Of a stretch of DNA of 64,000 nucleotides, positions 12,441 to 22,098 are shown piece after piece (the first letter of the stretch is position 1; each line of letters opens with the position of its first letter). The DNA is taken from positions 736,001 to 800,000 of the forward strand of contig JBBCJC010000003.1 in NCBI GenBank assembly GCA_037189525.1, in the 5' to 3' direction. The translations under genes were made by a program, and so were the position numbers. The notes beneath the pieces were generated by a model. That model was not told the DNA's origin. It did no database searches and saw only the letters and a program-made list of their open reading frames with translations. This DNA is from Gemmatimonadales bacterium. GTDB taxonomy: Bacteria; Gemmatimonadota; Gemmatimonadetes; Gemmatimonadales; GWC2-71-9.

Positions 12441-13867
12441 GGTCGGGGATCTGGCTCGCGGCCGGGGTGTTGCTCTTTGGGGCGTCAGCGCTTGCAGCGC
12501 AGGCGCGCCGTGCGCAGCCCAGCGACCGGTGCCGGCTCCAGATCGTGAATGTCGATCGCGAAGGGGTGCGGACCACGCCGATGGCGGGGACCGAGAACTA
12601 CTTTGCCGGCGGGAATGTCCACGCTCGCTGTGCCGGCCGGAACATTCATATGTACGCTGACAGTGTCGCATCGTACGGCGGATCGGTGGTCCAGTTCATC
12701 TCGCTGGGCAACAAGGTCCGCTATCGCGATTCGACCACGGCGCTCGATGCCGATTTCGGTACCTATTTCCAGAACGGCGAGCGCTTCGAAGCCCAGAACA
12801 ACGTATTGCATCGCGATCTCGAGTCCGGATCGACCATTACGGGACAGCGAATCGATTATCTTCGCCCGGTCCGCGGCTTGCGGGCCGAGATGGAAGTGAT
12901 CGCCCATAATCGGCCGACGGTACGGTATGTCGTGAAAGATTCGACCGGGCAGCCCCAGTCGCCCTATACCATCGTCGGCAATGTCGTGCGGACCCGCGCG
13001 AACGAGGTGATCTACGCCAACGGGAACGTGACGATCGATCGCGAGGATCTGCGCGGCGCGGCCGATTCGCTGTGGCTCGATACCGGACGGCGCCAGGGCG
13101 GGCAACTGGTGGGACGGGCCACGCTGCGTACCGAGCGCCGGGACGGGTTCACGCTGACCGGGCGTGTCATCGATATCGGCTTGGCGCAGCGGGAACTCCG
13201 GGCGCTCAAGGCGCGGGATTCGGCCAAGCTGATCAGCAAAGACATCACGCTTTCCGGCGATTCGGTCGGGGTGGAGCTGATCAATCGCCAGCCGGAGCGG
13301 GTGGTGGCGTGGGGCAAGACGACTCGGCCGTCGCTCGTCTCGTCCGACTATCTGGTCCGCGGCGACTCGTTGCGCGTCGAGATGCCCAACCAGCGGCTCA
13401 ATTCGCTCAGAGCCTTCGGTGGAGGCTGGGTGGGCTTTGCCGGCGACAAGGCCGACAGCACGCGCCGCGATTGGATTGCCGGAGATACCGTCGCGGTCGC
13501 ATTCCTGTCGCTCGGCGCGGCGGGAGCGGAGCAAACCAAGATTCGCGAGGTCGAAGCGATTCAGAACGCACGCTCGTTCTATCAGCTGGCGCCGGAGCAA
13601 GGGCAGACCAAGGGGTCGATCAACTACACCAGGGCCAAGCGGATCCTGGTGACGATGCGGATCACGCCCGATTCCAACACCGTGCAACAGGTCGATGCGT
13701 TTGGCGACGTCGACGGCATTCATCTGCAGCCCGCATTGACACGGGCGCGCGACACGGCCGCGGTGCGCGACTCGACGGTTGTCGTGCCGCCGGTCCGGCC
13801 GGACAGCGTTCCCAGGCCGGTCCGGCCGGATACGGCTGGCGCGCAGCCGCGGAGAGGAAATCCATGA
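12437..13867 (+). CDS. Long LptA/OstA-like periplasmic protein (~476 aa)
   Basis: Signal peptide, beta-strand-rich with repeated GNV and ADS/GDS motifs; occupies the lptA position between lptC and lptB with ATGA overlaps. Confidence 0.7.
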   Translation: MRSGIWLAAGVLLFGASALAAQARRAQPSDRCRLQIVNVDREGVRTTPMAGTENYFAGGNVHARCAGRNIHMYADSVASYGGSVVQFISLGNKVRYRDSTTALDADFGTYFQNGERFEAQNNVLHRDLESGSTITGQRIDYLRPVRGLRAEMEVIAHNRPTVRYVVKDSTGQPQSPYTIVGNVVRTRANEVIYANGNVTIDREDLRGAADSLWLDTGRRQGGQLVGRATLRTERRDGFTLTGRVIDIGLAQRELRALKARDSAKLISKDITLSGDSVGVELINRQPERVVAWGKTTRPSLVSSDYLVRGDSLRVEMPNQRLNSLRAFGGGWVGFAGDKADSTRRDWIAGDTVAVAFLSLGAAGAEQTKIREVEAIQNARSFYQLAPEQGQTKGSINYTRAKRILVTMRITPDSNTVQQVDAFGDVDGIHLQPALTRARDTAAVRDSTVVVPPVRPDSVPRPVRPDTAGAQPRRGNP

Positions 13868-14628
13868 CCAGCGTTCTCTCCGGAGAGCACCTCGAGAAGG
13901 CCTTTCGCCGCCGACGGGTCGTCAAGGACGTCAGCGTTTCGGTTTCGCAGGGAGAGATCGTCGGCTTGCTTGGTCCGAACGGGGCCGGCAAGACCACGAC
14001 GTTCTATCTCATCACGGGGCTGATTCGTCCCGATGGTGGGAAGATCGTGCTCGACTCGACCGACATCACCAGCCAGCCCATGTATCAGCGGGCCCGGAGC
14101 GGGATCGGCTATCTGGCGCAGGAACCGTCGGTGTTCCGCCGGATGACGGTCGAAGACAATGTGCAGGCGATTCTGGAAACCGTCGACCTGTCGCGCGCGG
14201 AGCGTCGTGAACGGCTGGAGCGATTGCTCGACGAACTGGGGCTCAAGCACCTCCGGAAGAGTAAAGCGTACAGCCTGAGCGGCGGCGAACGGCGGCGCCT
14301 GGAAATCACCCGCGCCCTCGTGACCGAGCCCAAGTTCATGCTGCTGGACGAGCCGTTTGCCGGCGTCGATCCGATTGCCGTGCATGACATCCAGACCATC
14401 ATCGCCAATCTCAAGTATCGCGGTATCGGGGTGCTGATCACCGATCACAGCGTCGAGCAGATGTTCGAGATCGTCGATCGCGCCTACATCATGTACGAGG
14501 GCGAGGTTCGCGCGGCCGGCACGGTACGGGAACTCGTGTTCAACGACCAGGTCGCCGAGCTCTATCTCGGTCCGACCATGACGGCGCGCCTGCGAGAGCG
14601 ACTCGAGCGCGCGGAGACCACGCTGTGA
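13864..14628 (+). CDS. lptB: LPS export ABC transporter ATPase
   Basis: GLLGPNGAGKTTTF, GIGYLAQEPSVFR, LSGGERRRLEI, LLDEPFAGVDPIAV, LITDH. Confidence 0.96.
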   Translation: MTSVLSGEHLEKAFRRRRVVKDVSVSVSQGEIVGLLGPNGAGKTTTFYLITGLIRPDGGKIVLDSTDITSQPMYQRARSGIGYLAQEPSVFRRMTVEDNVQAILETVDLSRAERRERLERLLDELGLKHLRKSKAYSLSGGERRRLEITRALVTEPKFMLLDEPFAGVDPIAVHDIQTIIANLKYRGIGVLITDHSVEQMFEIVDRAYIMYEGEVRAAGTVRELVFNDQVAELYLGPTMTARLRERLERAETTL

Positions 14629-16118
14629 AGACCGGCCTCTCTCAACATACCGGCCTTCGGCAAGAGCTGCGCATCAACCCACGGCTGTATCAGGCCATGG
14701 ACATGCTGTACATGCCCATGATGGACCTGCAACAGCATCTCAAGCAGGAACTGCTGACCAATCCGTTCCTCGAGTTGCTCGAGCCGGAGGAAGAGGAGCG
14801 GGATCAGCAGGAGCCGACGGCGGAGCAGGAGAAGGAAAAGCAGGAGAAGGAGGATGAGATCGACTGGGAAGAGATCCTCCTCAACGGCTTCGACGTCGGC
14901 GGCACCAAGACGCAGTACGAAGACCAGGAGTACCTCGAGCCCGTCATGGTCGAGCGGGTCGACCTGATCGACCATTTGCGCGACCAGCTACAGCTGATGA
15001 AGCTGACACCTCGGCAGCGCCTCCTGAGCGAGGAGTTTCTCGGCAACATCAACGACGACGGCTATCTCAGTGCCTCGCTCGAGGAAATTCTCGGCTCGGT
15101 CAATGCGCTGCTGGAGTCCTATACCGCGGCCGCCGAAGACGACGACGATGAAGACGATGATCGTCCGCCGACGCCGCGGCGGCCGGAGGTTGCTCCGTTC
15201 GAGTTGGCGGAAGTCGAGGAGATGCTCGGCATCGTTCAGCGGCTCGATCCGCCGGGAGTCGGCGCGCGCGACCTTCGGGAGTGCCTGGTGCTGCAGCTCA
15301 ACGAAGCCAAGGATACCGACTCGCTGGTCTATCGCCTCGTCAGCGAAGCGTTTACCGACCTGATTGCCCATCGCTGGAACGATCTTGCCAAGCGCTTCGG
15401 CGTCGAGCCGCGCACGGTGCAGACGGCGGCCGATTCGCTGGCGCGGTTCGATCCGAAGCCGGGGCTCAAGTACTCCGATCGCGGCGACGGCTACATCATT
15501 CCCGATCTGATCGTGGAGAAAGTCGGAACGCAGTATCATGTCTCGCTGAACGATACCGGCGTCCCGCGCCTTCGTCTCAGTCGTTCCTATCAGGACGTGG
15601 CCCGCGACAAGAAGTCGCTGACGCAGGAGAACAAAGAGTTCATCGCGCAGAAGATGAACAGCGCGAACTGGATGATTCAGGCGATCGAGCAGCGCCGGCA
15701 GACGATGCTCAAGGTGATGAACTTCATCGTCGACCGGCAGCGCGCTTTCTTCGAGAAGGGCGTCGAGTTTCTCAAGCCTCTCACGCTCCGCGAAGTCGCC
15801 GAAGTCATCAGCATGCACGAGTCCACGGTCAGTCGCGTAACCAACGAGAAATTCGTGCAGACGCCGCGCGGCGTCCTGCCGCTCAAGTTCTTCTTCTCGA
15901 GCGCCCTCACTACGGTATCCGGCGAAGATGCCAGCGCCCGGTCGATTCGGGCCAAGCTCGAGAAGATGGTGGCGGAGGAAGATCCCTCCAAGCCGCTGAC
16001 GGATCAGCAGATCGTGCATCGGTTCAAAGAGCAGGGGATTCAGATTGCCCGCCGGACCGTGGCCAAGTACCGGGATCAGCTGGGCATTCTGCCGGCACGG
16101 ATGCGCAAACGAGTATGA
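14625..16118 (+). CDS. rpoN: RNA polymerase sigma-54 factor
   Basis: Region I Q/L-rich, DPPGVGARDLRECL, HESTVSRV, RpoN box ARRTVAKYR. Confidence 0.97.
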   Translation: MKTGLSQHTGLRQELRINPRLYQAMDMLYMPMMDLQQHLKQELLTNPFLELLEPEEEERDQQEPTAEQEKEKQEKEDEIDWEEILLNGFDVGGTKTQYEDQEYLEPVMVERVDLIDHLRDQLQLMKLTPRQRLLSEEFLGNINDDGYLSASLEEILGSVNALLESYTAAAEDDDDEDDDRPPTPRRPEVAPFELAEVEEMLGIVQRLDPPGVGARDLRECLVLQLNEAKDTDSLVYRLVSEAFTDLIAHRWNDLAKRFGVEPRTVQTAADSLARFDPKPGLKYSDRGDGYIIPDLIVEKVGTQYHVSLNDTGVPRLRLSRSYQDVARDKKSLTQENKEFIAQKMNSANWMIQAIEQRRQTMLKVMNFIVDRQRAFFEKGVEFLKPLTLREVAEVISMHESTVSRVTNEKFVQTPRGVLPLKFFFSSALTTVSGEDASARSIRAKLEKMVAEEDPSKPLTDQQIVHRFKEQGIQIARRTVAKYRDQLGILPARMRKRV

Positions 16119-17077
16119 CCGCCGTGGCGCCGCGTCACCTCGACGTCAGCGTACTGGTTCCGGCCAAGGACGAGGCGGAGAACCTTCCGGAGTTTCTCCG
16201 CCAGTGTCAGGAAGCGCTGGGCAAGGCCGGATTCAGTTTCGAAGTCGTCGTCGTCGACGACGGCTCACGCGACCGGACGGCCGCGGTGCTTGCCGAGCAG
16301 GCAGCACTGTACGACTGGCTTCGTGTCGTGACCCATCGCCGCCAGCGCGGCATCGCGGATGCGCTGCGCAGCGGATCCGACTCGGCGCGCGGCGATATCC
16401 TGGTCTTCTATCCCGCCGATCTCCAGTATCGTCCGGAGGATATTCCCACCCTGGTGCGCCCGGTCCTGGACGGCGACGCCGACATGGTGACCGGATCCAA
16501 GCAGGGGAAATACGAAAAGGCGTTCGTCAGCGGGATCTACAACCGGCTCTGCCGCTGGCTGTTCGGGGTCAAGGTCGAAGACCTCAATTCGGTCAAGGCG
16601 TATCGCGCCGAGATCATGCGAATCGTCCCGATGCGTCCCGACTGGCACCGCTACATGGTCGTGATCGCGGCGGTTGAAGGCTATCGGCTGACCTCTCGGC
16701 CGGTGCCTCTCTATCCGCGTACGGCCGGCGCCTCGAAGTTCACCTGGACCCGGATTCCGGTCGGCGTCATCGACCTGCTCTCGGTTTGGTTTCAGCTGCG
16801 CTTCGGTCGGAAGCCGATGCTGTTCTTCGGAGTGGGCGGAGCGCTCCTCTTCGTGATCGGATTTCTGGGCGGCGTGGCGGCGCTGGTGCTGCGGTTCGGC
16901 TTCGGCATCGGGTTTCGGCCGCTGCTCAATCTGATCGAAACGATGGTCATCAGCGGCATCGTGCTCTTCGGCTTCGGCTTCGTCGCGGAGATGCTGGCCA
17001 GCTTCCGCGAAGAGACCCGCCAGATGTTGGCCGCGCGATCAGATGAGACATCCGATGGCTCCGGACGGCGCAACTAG
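16115..17077 (+). CDS. GT2 glycosyltransferase (polyprenol-phosphate glycosyltransferase-like, 2 C-terminal TM)
   Basis: VSVLVPAKDE, VVDDGSRD, ADLQY (canonical DAD replaced by PAD); two C-terminal hydrophobic helices as in GtrB/ArnC. Confidence 0.85.
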   Translation: MTAVAPRHLDVSVLVPAKDEAENLPEFLRQCQEALGKAGFSFEVVVVDDGSRDRTAAVLAEQAALYDWLRVVTHRRQRGIADALRSGSDSARGDILVFYPADLQYRPEDIPTLVRPVLDGDADMVTGSKQGKYEKAFVSGIYNRLCRWLFGVKVEDLNSVKAYRAEIMRIVPMRPDWHRYMVVIAAVEGYRLTSRPVPLYPRTAGASKFTWTRIPVGVIDLLSVWFQLRFGRKPMLFFGVGGALLFVIGFLGGVAALVLRFGFGIGFRPLLNLIETMVISGIVLFGFGFVAEMLASFREETRQMLAARSDETSDGSGRRN

Positions 17078-17133
17078 CGTGTTCGGGCCGACGCACCGTT
17101 GCCGCCGATTCCGGTAGCCGGAATCGTCCATCC

Positions 17134-18309
17134 GTGAAGGTCCTCGTCGTCAGTCACAACTTTCCGCGCTTCGCCGGCGATCCGGCCGGCGCGTTCGTCG
17201 AGCGTCTGGCCGGAGCGCTCGTCAGGCAGGGAGTCGAGATCCGCGCGGTGGTGCCGCATGCGGCGGGGCTGGCCGAGCAGGAGCAGACGCCCGACGGCGT
17301 CTCCGTGCGCCGGGTTCGTTATGGTCCTGACCGGTGGGAGCGGGTTGCCTACACGGGACAGCTGCACCGCAGCGCCTTCACCAAACCGGCGACCGCACTG
17401 ATGCTGATCCCGTTCCTCGCAGCAATGCGTCGCGCCGTCCGGCAGGAAACGGAGCGATTCCAGCCTGACCTGATCCACGCCCATTGGTGGTTTCCGGGAG
17501 GATGGGCAGCCCTGGCAGCGGGTCGGCCGGTCGTGATCACCTGCCATGGCAGCGACGTTAGGCTGCTTCAACGTTCCGGTCTGGCCCGCGCGTTGGGCCG
17601 GCGGGTGCTGCGCCGCGCGGCCGCGGTAACGGCCGTTTCCCGTTTCCTCCTCGATACGATTGCTACGCATTGCAGTTCGCTTCGCCAGGTACTGGTGACC
17701 CGGATGCCGATCGATCTGGCCGCGTTCGAGGCCGGCCAGAGAGTGAGCAAGGCCGATCCGCCGGTCATTCTCTATGCGGGAAATCTGGTTCCGACCAAGG
17801 GAGTCGACACCCTGCTCGATGCCGTTCGGATCCTGGTGGGTCGAGGTCTGAAAGTCCGGCTGCGGATCCTGGGGCAGGGGCCGGAGGAGCAGTCGCTGCG
17901 CGCGAAGGCCGCCTCGTTCGGACTCAGCGAGGTGGTCGAGTGGTCGGCCTTCCTTCCGCAGCAGGCGATGCCGGCGGAGTACGGCCGCGCTACCGTGACC
18001 GTGCTCCCTGCTCGGGGAGGAACCGAAGGGCTCGGCCTGACATTGGTCGAGGCGTTCGCGGCGGGGTCAGCCGTGGTCGGAACCCGTTCCGGCGGGATTC
18101 CCGAGGTGATCGAAGACGGCGTGACCGGGCGGCTGGTTGCTTCGGACGATCCGGTTGCGCTGGCGGATGCGCTGGCCGGATTGATTACGGATCCGGATCA
18201 GGCGGCCCGGTTGACGGAGCAGGGCCGGCGTCGAATCGCCGGGGAGTTCGGTATCGAGGGTGCGGCCACCACGTTTCTGGAGTTGTTCCGACGTGTCGCG
18301 CCGCATTGA
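17134..18309 (+). CDS. GT4 glycosyltransferase
   Basis: DLIHAHWWFP, HGSDV, KGVD, EGLGLTLVEA (EX7E), GGIPEVIEDG. Confidence 0.9.
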   Translation: MKVLVVSHNFPRFAGDPAGAFVERLAGALVRQGVEIRAVVPHAAGLAEQEQTPDGVSVRRVRYGPDRWERVAYTGQLHRSAFTKPATALMLIPFLAAMRRAVRQETERFQPDLIHAHWWFPGGWAALAAGRPVVITCHGSDVRLLQRSGLARALGRRVLRRAAAVTAVSRFLLDTIATHCSSLRQVLVTRMPIDLAAFEAGQRVSKADPPVILYAGNLVPTKGVDTLLDAVRILVGRGLKVRLRILGQGPEEQSLRAKAASFGLSEVVEWSAFLPQQAMPAEYGRATVTVLPARGGTEGLGLTLVEAFAAGSAVVGTRSGGIPEVIEDGVTGRLVASDDPVALADALAGLITDPDQAARLTEQGRRRIAGEFGIEGAATTFLELFRRVAPH

Positions 18310-19333
18310 ACGAACCGCCGCGCCGCCGGATGCGTGGGCCTCGCTTGCCCGGACCCACGGGAGCTTTTATCACGAGCCCCGCTGGCTCGAAACCATTGCG
18401 GGCATGTTCCGGTTTCCGCTCGACTGCCTAACGGTATACGACGACGATCGACCGGTTGCTGCGCTGCCACTGGCCACCGTTCCAGCGCTCGGCGGGCGTC
18501 CGCATCTGGTGAGCTTCCCGTTCAGCTATGTCACCGGAAGCATCGGCGATCCGACCGCGGACGCCGACCTGGCGCGCCATGCCATCGATCTCGCGCGCGA
18601 ACGGCGGGTCCGGTATCTCGAGATCAAGCGGGCAGGGGAGCCCGCCCTGGTCGAGCCGCTGGTTCGGGTGTCACGATACCATACCTTTGAAGTGCCGCTC
18701 GCGGGCGGATCCGAGGCGGTGTGGGCCACGCTCGACGGTGACAGCACGCGCCGAGGCATCCGGAAGGCACAGAAGGGCGGGCTTCGGATCGAACGGGTGA
18801 GTGACGGCCAGGGATGGGACGCGATGGCGGCATTCCAGGACGACACCGCGCGCCGCCACGGACTTCCCGCCCCGCCTCGGCGATTCTGGCGTGAAGGGGT
18901 CACCGGGCTCGCCGAACACGGGTTGGCGCGGGCATACCTCGCCTTTGCCGATACTACCCGTCCGATTGCGGGGATTACCGTCTGGACGGCGCCGTCGCGC
19001 TGGATCTACGCGTTCGGCGGGGCCGATCCCAGCCATCTGGGCCGGCGTCCCAATCATTTGCTGCTCTGGACCGCGTTGACGGATGCAATCGCGGAGGGGG
19101 TTCAGATCTTCGACCTGGGCCGGGCCGCGCCGGAGCAGGAAAGCCTGGTAACTTTCAAGCGTCGCTGGGGCGGGCAACCGAAGCCGCTGGCGTACGATTA
19201 CTGGCCGGCCGCGCGGGGAGTGCACCTGGCGCCGCGCAACCGCGGCCCGCTTCGGATGGCGGCTCGCGTCTGGTCGGCCTTGCCGCTCGGGGTGACTCGG
19301 CTCGGTTCATCGCTGTACCGTTACTTGGGGTAA
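18293..19333 (+). CDS. GNAT/FemAB-like acyltransferase
   Basis: RRGIRKAQK, RPNHLLLW, FDLGR, FKRRWGG pattern of FemAB-like GNATs in polysaccharide loci; start uncertain. Confidence 0.75.
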   Translation: MSRRIERTAAPPDAWASLARTHGSFYHEPRWLETIAGMFRFPLDCLTVYDDDRPVAALPLATVPALGGRPHLVSFPFSYVTGSIGDPTADADLARHAIDLARERRVRYLEIKRAGEPALVEPLVRVSRYHTFEVPLAGGSEAVWATLDGDSTRRGIRKAQKGGLRIERVSDGQGWDAMAAFQDDTARRHGLPAPPRRFWREGVTGLAEHGLARAYLAFADTTRPIAGITVWTAPSRWIYAFGGADPSHLGRRPNHLLLWTALTDAIAEGVQIFDLGRAAPEQESLVTFKRRWGGQPKPLAYDYWPAARGVHLAPRNRGPLRMAARVWSALPLGVTRLGSSLYRYLG

Positions 19334-19337
19334 GCTC

Positions 19338-19799
19338 ATGCTGCTCCGGAAAGTCCGTCGCAAGTTTTTGAAGACCTGGGCGCGGCACACCATGCTGCCC
19401 GGCTGGCGCCTCACCCTGCTTCGATGGGCCGGGGTGCGGATCGGTCAGGATGCGTATGTCGCGGACGATCTGATCATCGTCGAGGAGCTGTCCGGACCCG
19501 GCCTCGTCACCATCGGCGACCGAGCCAGCCTGGCTCCGCGGGTGACGATCGTGACCTCGTCGCATCCGAATCACTCGCGGATCGGGCCGACCGCTCCGGT
19601 CGCTTCCGGCCCGGTGACCATCGAGGCCGATGCCTGGATCGGCGCCGGGGCCGTCCTCCTGCCCAACGTGACCGTCGGTCGCGGCGCCATCGTCGCTGCC
19701 GGCGCCGTCGTCACCCGCGATGTGGCTCCTCTCGATATCGTCGGCGGGCAGCCCGCGCGCACCATCGGCGCGGTAACGCCGCCGCCGGGATGGGCATGA
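19338..19799 (+). CDS. Hexapeptide-repeat O-acyltransferase
   Basis: PVTIEADAWIGAGAVLLPNVTVGRGAIVAAGAVVTRDV left-handed beta-helix signature. Confidence 0.88.
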   Translation: MLLRKVRRKFLKTWARHTMLPGWRLTLLRWAGVRIGQDAYVADDLIIVEELSGPGLVTIGDRASLAPRVTIVTSSHPNHSRIGPTAPVASGPVTIEADAWIGAGAVLLPNVTVGRGAIVAAGAVVTRDVAPLDIVGGQPARTIGAVTPPPGWA

Positions 19800-21166
19800 C
19801 CGTTCTGGCCATGCTGGACGGGCTCTCGCCGCTCGAACGATACGCGATGGACGTCCTGCTCGACCTGAGCCGGTTGCCGCGCACGGACCGGATGCTCGAT
19901 GGTGCGACTCCGGTCACGGCCGGGGCGGCGGGAGCGACCGGATTCAATGTCGTCGAGGGACGTGTCGTCGTCGATCGCAACATCCTGGCCGAGACGGCGG
20001 CGTTGCTGACGCTTGCTGCGGAACGGGACAGTCCGGTACGAGACGCGCGTGGCCGAGTGCCGGCGAACGTCAATTTGCTGGGAGCGACCGGGCGCGAATT
20101 GGAGCCGGTCGTTCAACGTCACGCGGTTGCGCTGCGGCGTGTCGTCGCCGCCTTGCGCGGTACGATGCCGGCGCTGCTGGCGCCGTGGCCCGAGGGCGCG
20201 CGATGGGCGGTCGCGCTGACGCACGATCTGGACCTGGTCCGGTGGTGGGGCCTGGGCTATGCCGCTCGGAGTCTCGAACTGCTCCGCCGAGGCGAGTGGC
20301 GCCGCTGGATGCGGGCCACCGGTGCCGCACTCGGCGCGGTTGGCCGCGGTCCTGTGCTCGGAGCGATCGAACGTCTTCTGGAGGTGGAAGCCGCGCACGG
20401 TGTCACGTCGACCTGGTTCGTGATGGCCGGCGCGCCCAGCCTGCGCAGCGTACTGGCCGGGGACGTGACCTACCCGATCGAGTCGGCGCGGAGCATCCTG
20501 GAGCAGATCCGTACTCGAGGCCATGAGGTCGGACTCCACGGAAGCTTCGCGACGGCCCAATCCGACGCGATGCTGCGGCGCGAGCGCGATACGCTCGAGC
20601 AGGCAGTCGGGAGATCGGTGCGAGCCACTCGCCAGCACTTCCTCCGAATGGAACCTCTTGCTACGCAGGAGCGGGCGGCCGCACTGGGATTCACCGTCGA
20701 CTCGACCGTCGGCTACTACGATCGCGCGGGCTTCCGGCTCGGCGTCGCCGACCTCGTGCCGCTGGCCGATGGAAGCGGCAGGGCGCTCGGGATCGGCGAG
20801 GCGCCGCTGGTCTGGATGGATCGCGCCAGCAGTAAGTATCGCGGCATCGAGACCCCGGCTGCGTGGATCGATGAGGCGCTGACCTCGGCGCAGGTGGTCG
20901 AATCGGTGGAGGGGCTCTGGGTCGGCCTCTGGCATCCGAACCTGGCTGCGCCGTTCGGCTTTCCGGATGCGGAGCCGGCGTTTGCGGATCTGGTGACTCG
21001 ATTGGCGGCGCACAAGCCATGGTTCGCGACCGTGAGCCAAGTTGCCGCCTGGCGGGGCCGGCGCCGGAGTGTGCGGGTAACCGGATTCGAGGCCGGCGGG
21101 CGGCCGATCCTCACCGACCCGGAAGGCGCCCGAGCGGACGAGTTCCTGGAGGCTCGCGCCGCATGA
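19796..21166 (+). CDS. Polysaccharide deacetylase-like protein (CE4-type fold)
   Basis: ALTHDLD, STWFV, HEVGLHGS, RQHFLR, DSTVGY, LWHPN motifs. Confidence 0.75.
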   Translation: MTVLAMLDGLSPLERYAMDVLLDLSRLPRTDRMLDGATPVTAGAAGATGFNVVEGRVVVDRNILAETAALLTLAAERDSPVRDARGRVPANVNLLGATGRELEPVVQRHAVALRRVVAALRGTMPALLAPWPEGARWAVALTHDLDLVRWWGLGYAARSLELLRRGEWRRWMRATGAALGAVGRGPVLGAIERLLEVEAAHGVTSTWFVMAGAPSLRSVLAGDVTYPIESARSILEQIRTRGHEVGLHGSFATAQSDAMLRRERDTLEQAVGRSVRATRQHFLRMEPLATQERAAALGFTVDSTVGYYDRAGFRLGVADLVPLADGSGRALGIGEAPLVWMDRASSKYRGIETPAAWIDEALTSAQVVESVEGLWVGLWHPNLAAPFGFPDAEPAFADLVTRLAAHKPWFATVSQVAAWRGRRRSVRVTGFEAGGRPILTDPEGARADEFLEARAA

Positions 21167-22098
21167 CATCCGCCGAACCGGCAGGTGTCCGGCCGCCCCG
21201 AGCCTGGCTGCGGTACCTCCGCGGGCTGCTCGGTGTCCTGATCCTGTACTTCGTCGGGCGACACCTGCTCCGCAACTGGGAGCAGTTCCGGGGCATCGAA
21301 CTCTCATGGCAGATCCGTCCGTTGCCGCTGATCGGGGCGGTCCTCGTGATCGTCGGGATGTACGCCCTCCTGGTCGAAGCGTGGCGCCAGCTGGCGGCGG
21401 CTTGGGGATGGGACATGACGTGGCGTCAGGCAGCCCGGGTCTGGATCATTTCGAGTATGGGGAAGTACCTCCCGGGGAAAGTGTGGACCGTGGCCGGGGT
21501 GGCGTCTTTTGCGCAGGAAGCGGGTGTCTCGGTTTGGGCCGCGACCGGCTCGGCACTGGTCAACCAGGTGCTGTCGCTGGCGGCGGGAGCCGCGGTCGCG
21601 GCGCTGACCGGCTTCAGCGTGGCGCCGGATGGCATCTTTCGGGTGCTGATCTGGATCAGTCTCGCCGGGGGCGTCGTCGGGCTGGCATTTCTGGTCTGGC
21701 CTGGGGCGCTCGGTCGGATCATGGCCGTGGCAACGAGCGGGCGGGTTGCGTTACCAATTCGCCGGGGTCCGGTCGTCCTGGCCGTGGCGATCCATGCGGT
21801 GTCCTGGGCGGGGTATGGCGTGGCGCTGTTGCTCGTGCTGGCGGGGACGCTTCCCGACGTTCAGCTTGGCCTGCGCGAGGCCATTGCGGGATTTACGATC
21901 TCCTATATCGTTGGCTTCCTGGCGCTCCTGGCCCCGGGTGGGCTCGGAGTGCGAGAGGGTACTTTGGTCATACTGCTGCAGGGGTCGATCGGTGCGGCGC
22001 CCGCAGTTGCCCTTGCCGCGGCATCGCGGCTCGTCATGACAGTGGCGGACATTGTGGCGGTGGCCCCGTTTCTCGCTGCCGGGAGAAAACCTAAGTGA
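21163..22098 (+). CDS. Lysylphosphatidylglycerol synthase TM-domain (flippase-like) protein
   Basis: Multi-TM; GKYLPGKVW and APGGLGVREG motifs. Confidence 0.8.
   Translation: MTSAEPAGVRPPRAWLRYLRGLLGVLILYFVGRHLLRNWEQFRGIELSWQIRPLPLIGAVLVIVGMYALLVEAWRQLAAAWGWDMTWRQAARVWIISSMGKYLPGKVWTVAGVASFAQEAGVSVWAATGSALVNQVLSLAAGAAVAALTGFSVAPDGIFRVLIWISLAGGVVGLAFLVWPGALGRIMAVATSGRVALPIRRGPVVLAVAIHAVSWAGYGVALLLVLAGTLPDVQLGLREAIAGFTISYIVGFLALLAPGGLGVREGTLVILLQGSIGAAPAVALAAASRLVMTVADIVAVAPFLAAGRKPK

Noticed and set aside
17055..17117. 20-codon ORF overlapping the GT2 stop
   Set aside because: It is too short, has no recognisable features, and cannot be distinguished from chance.
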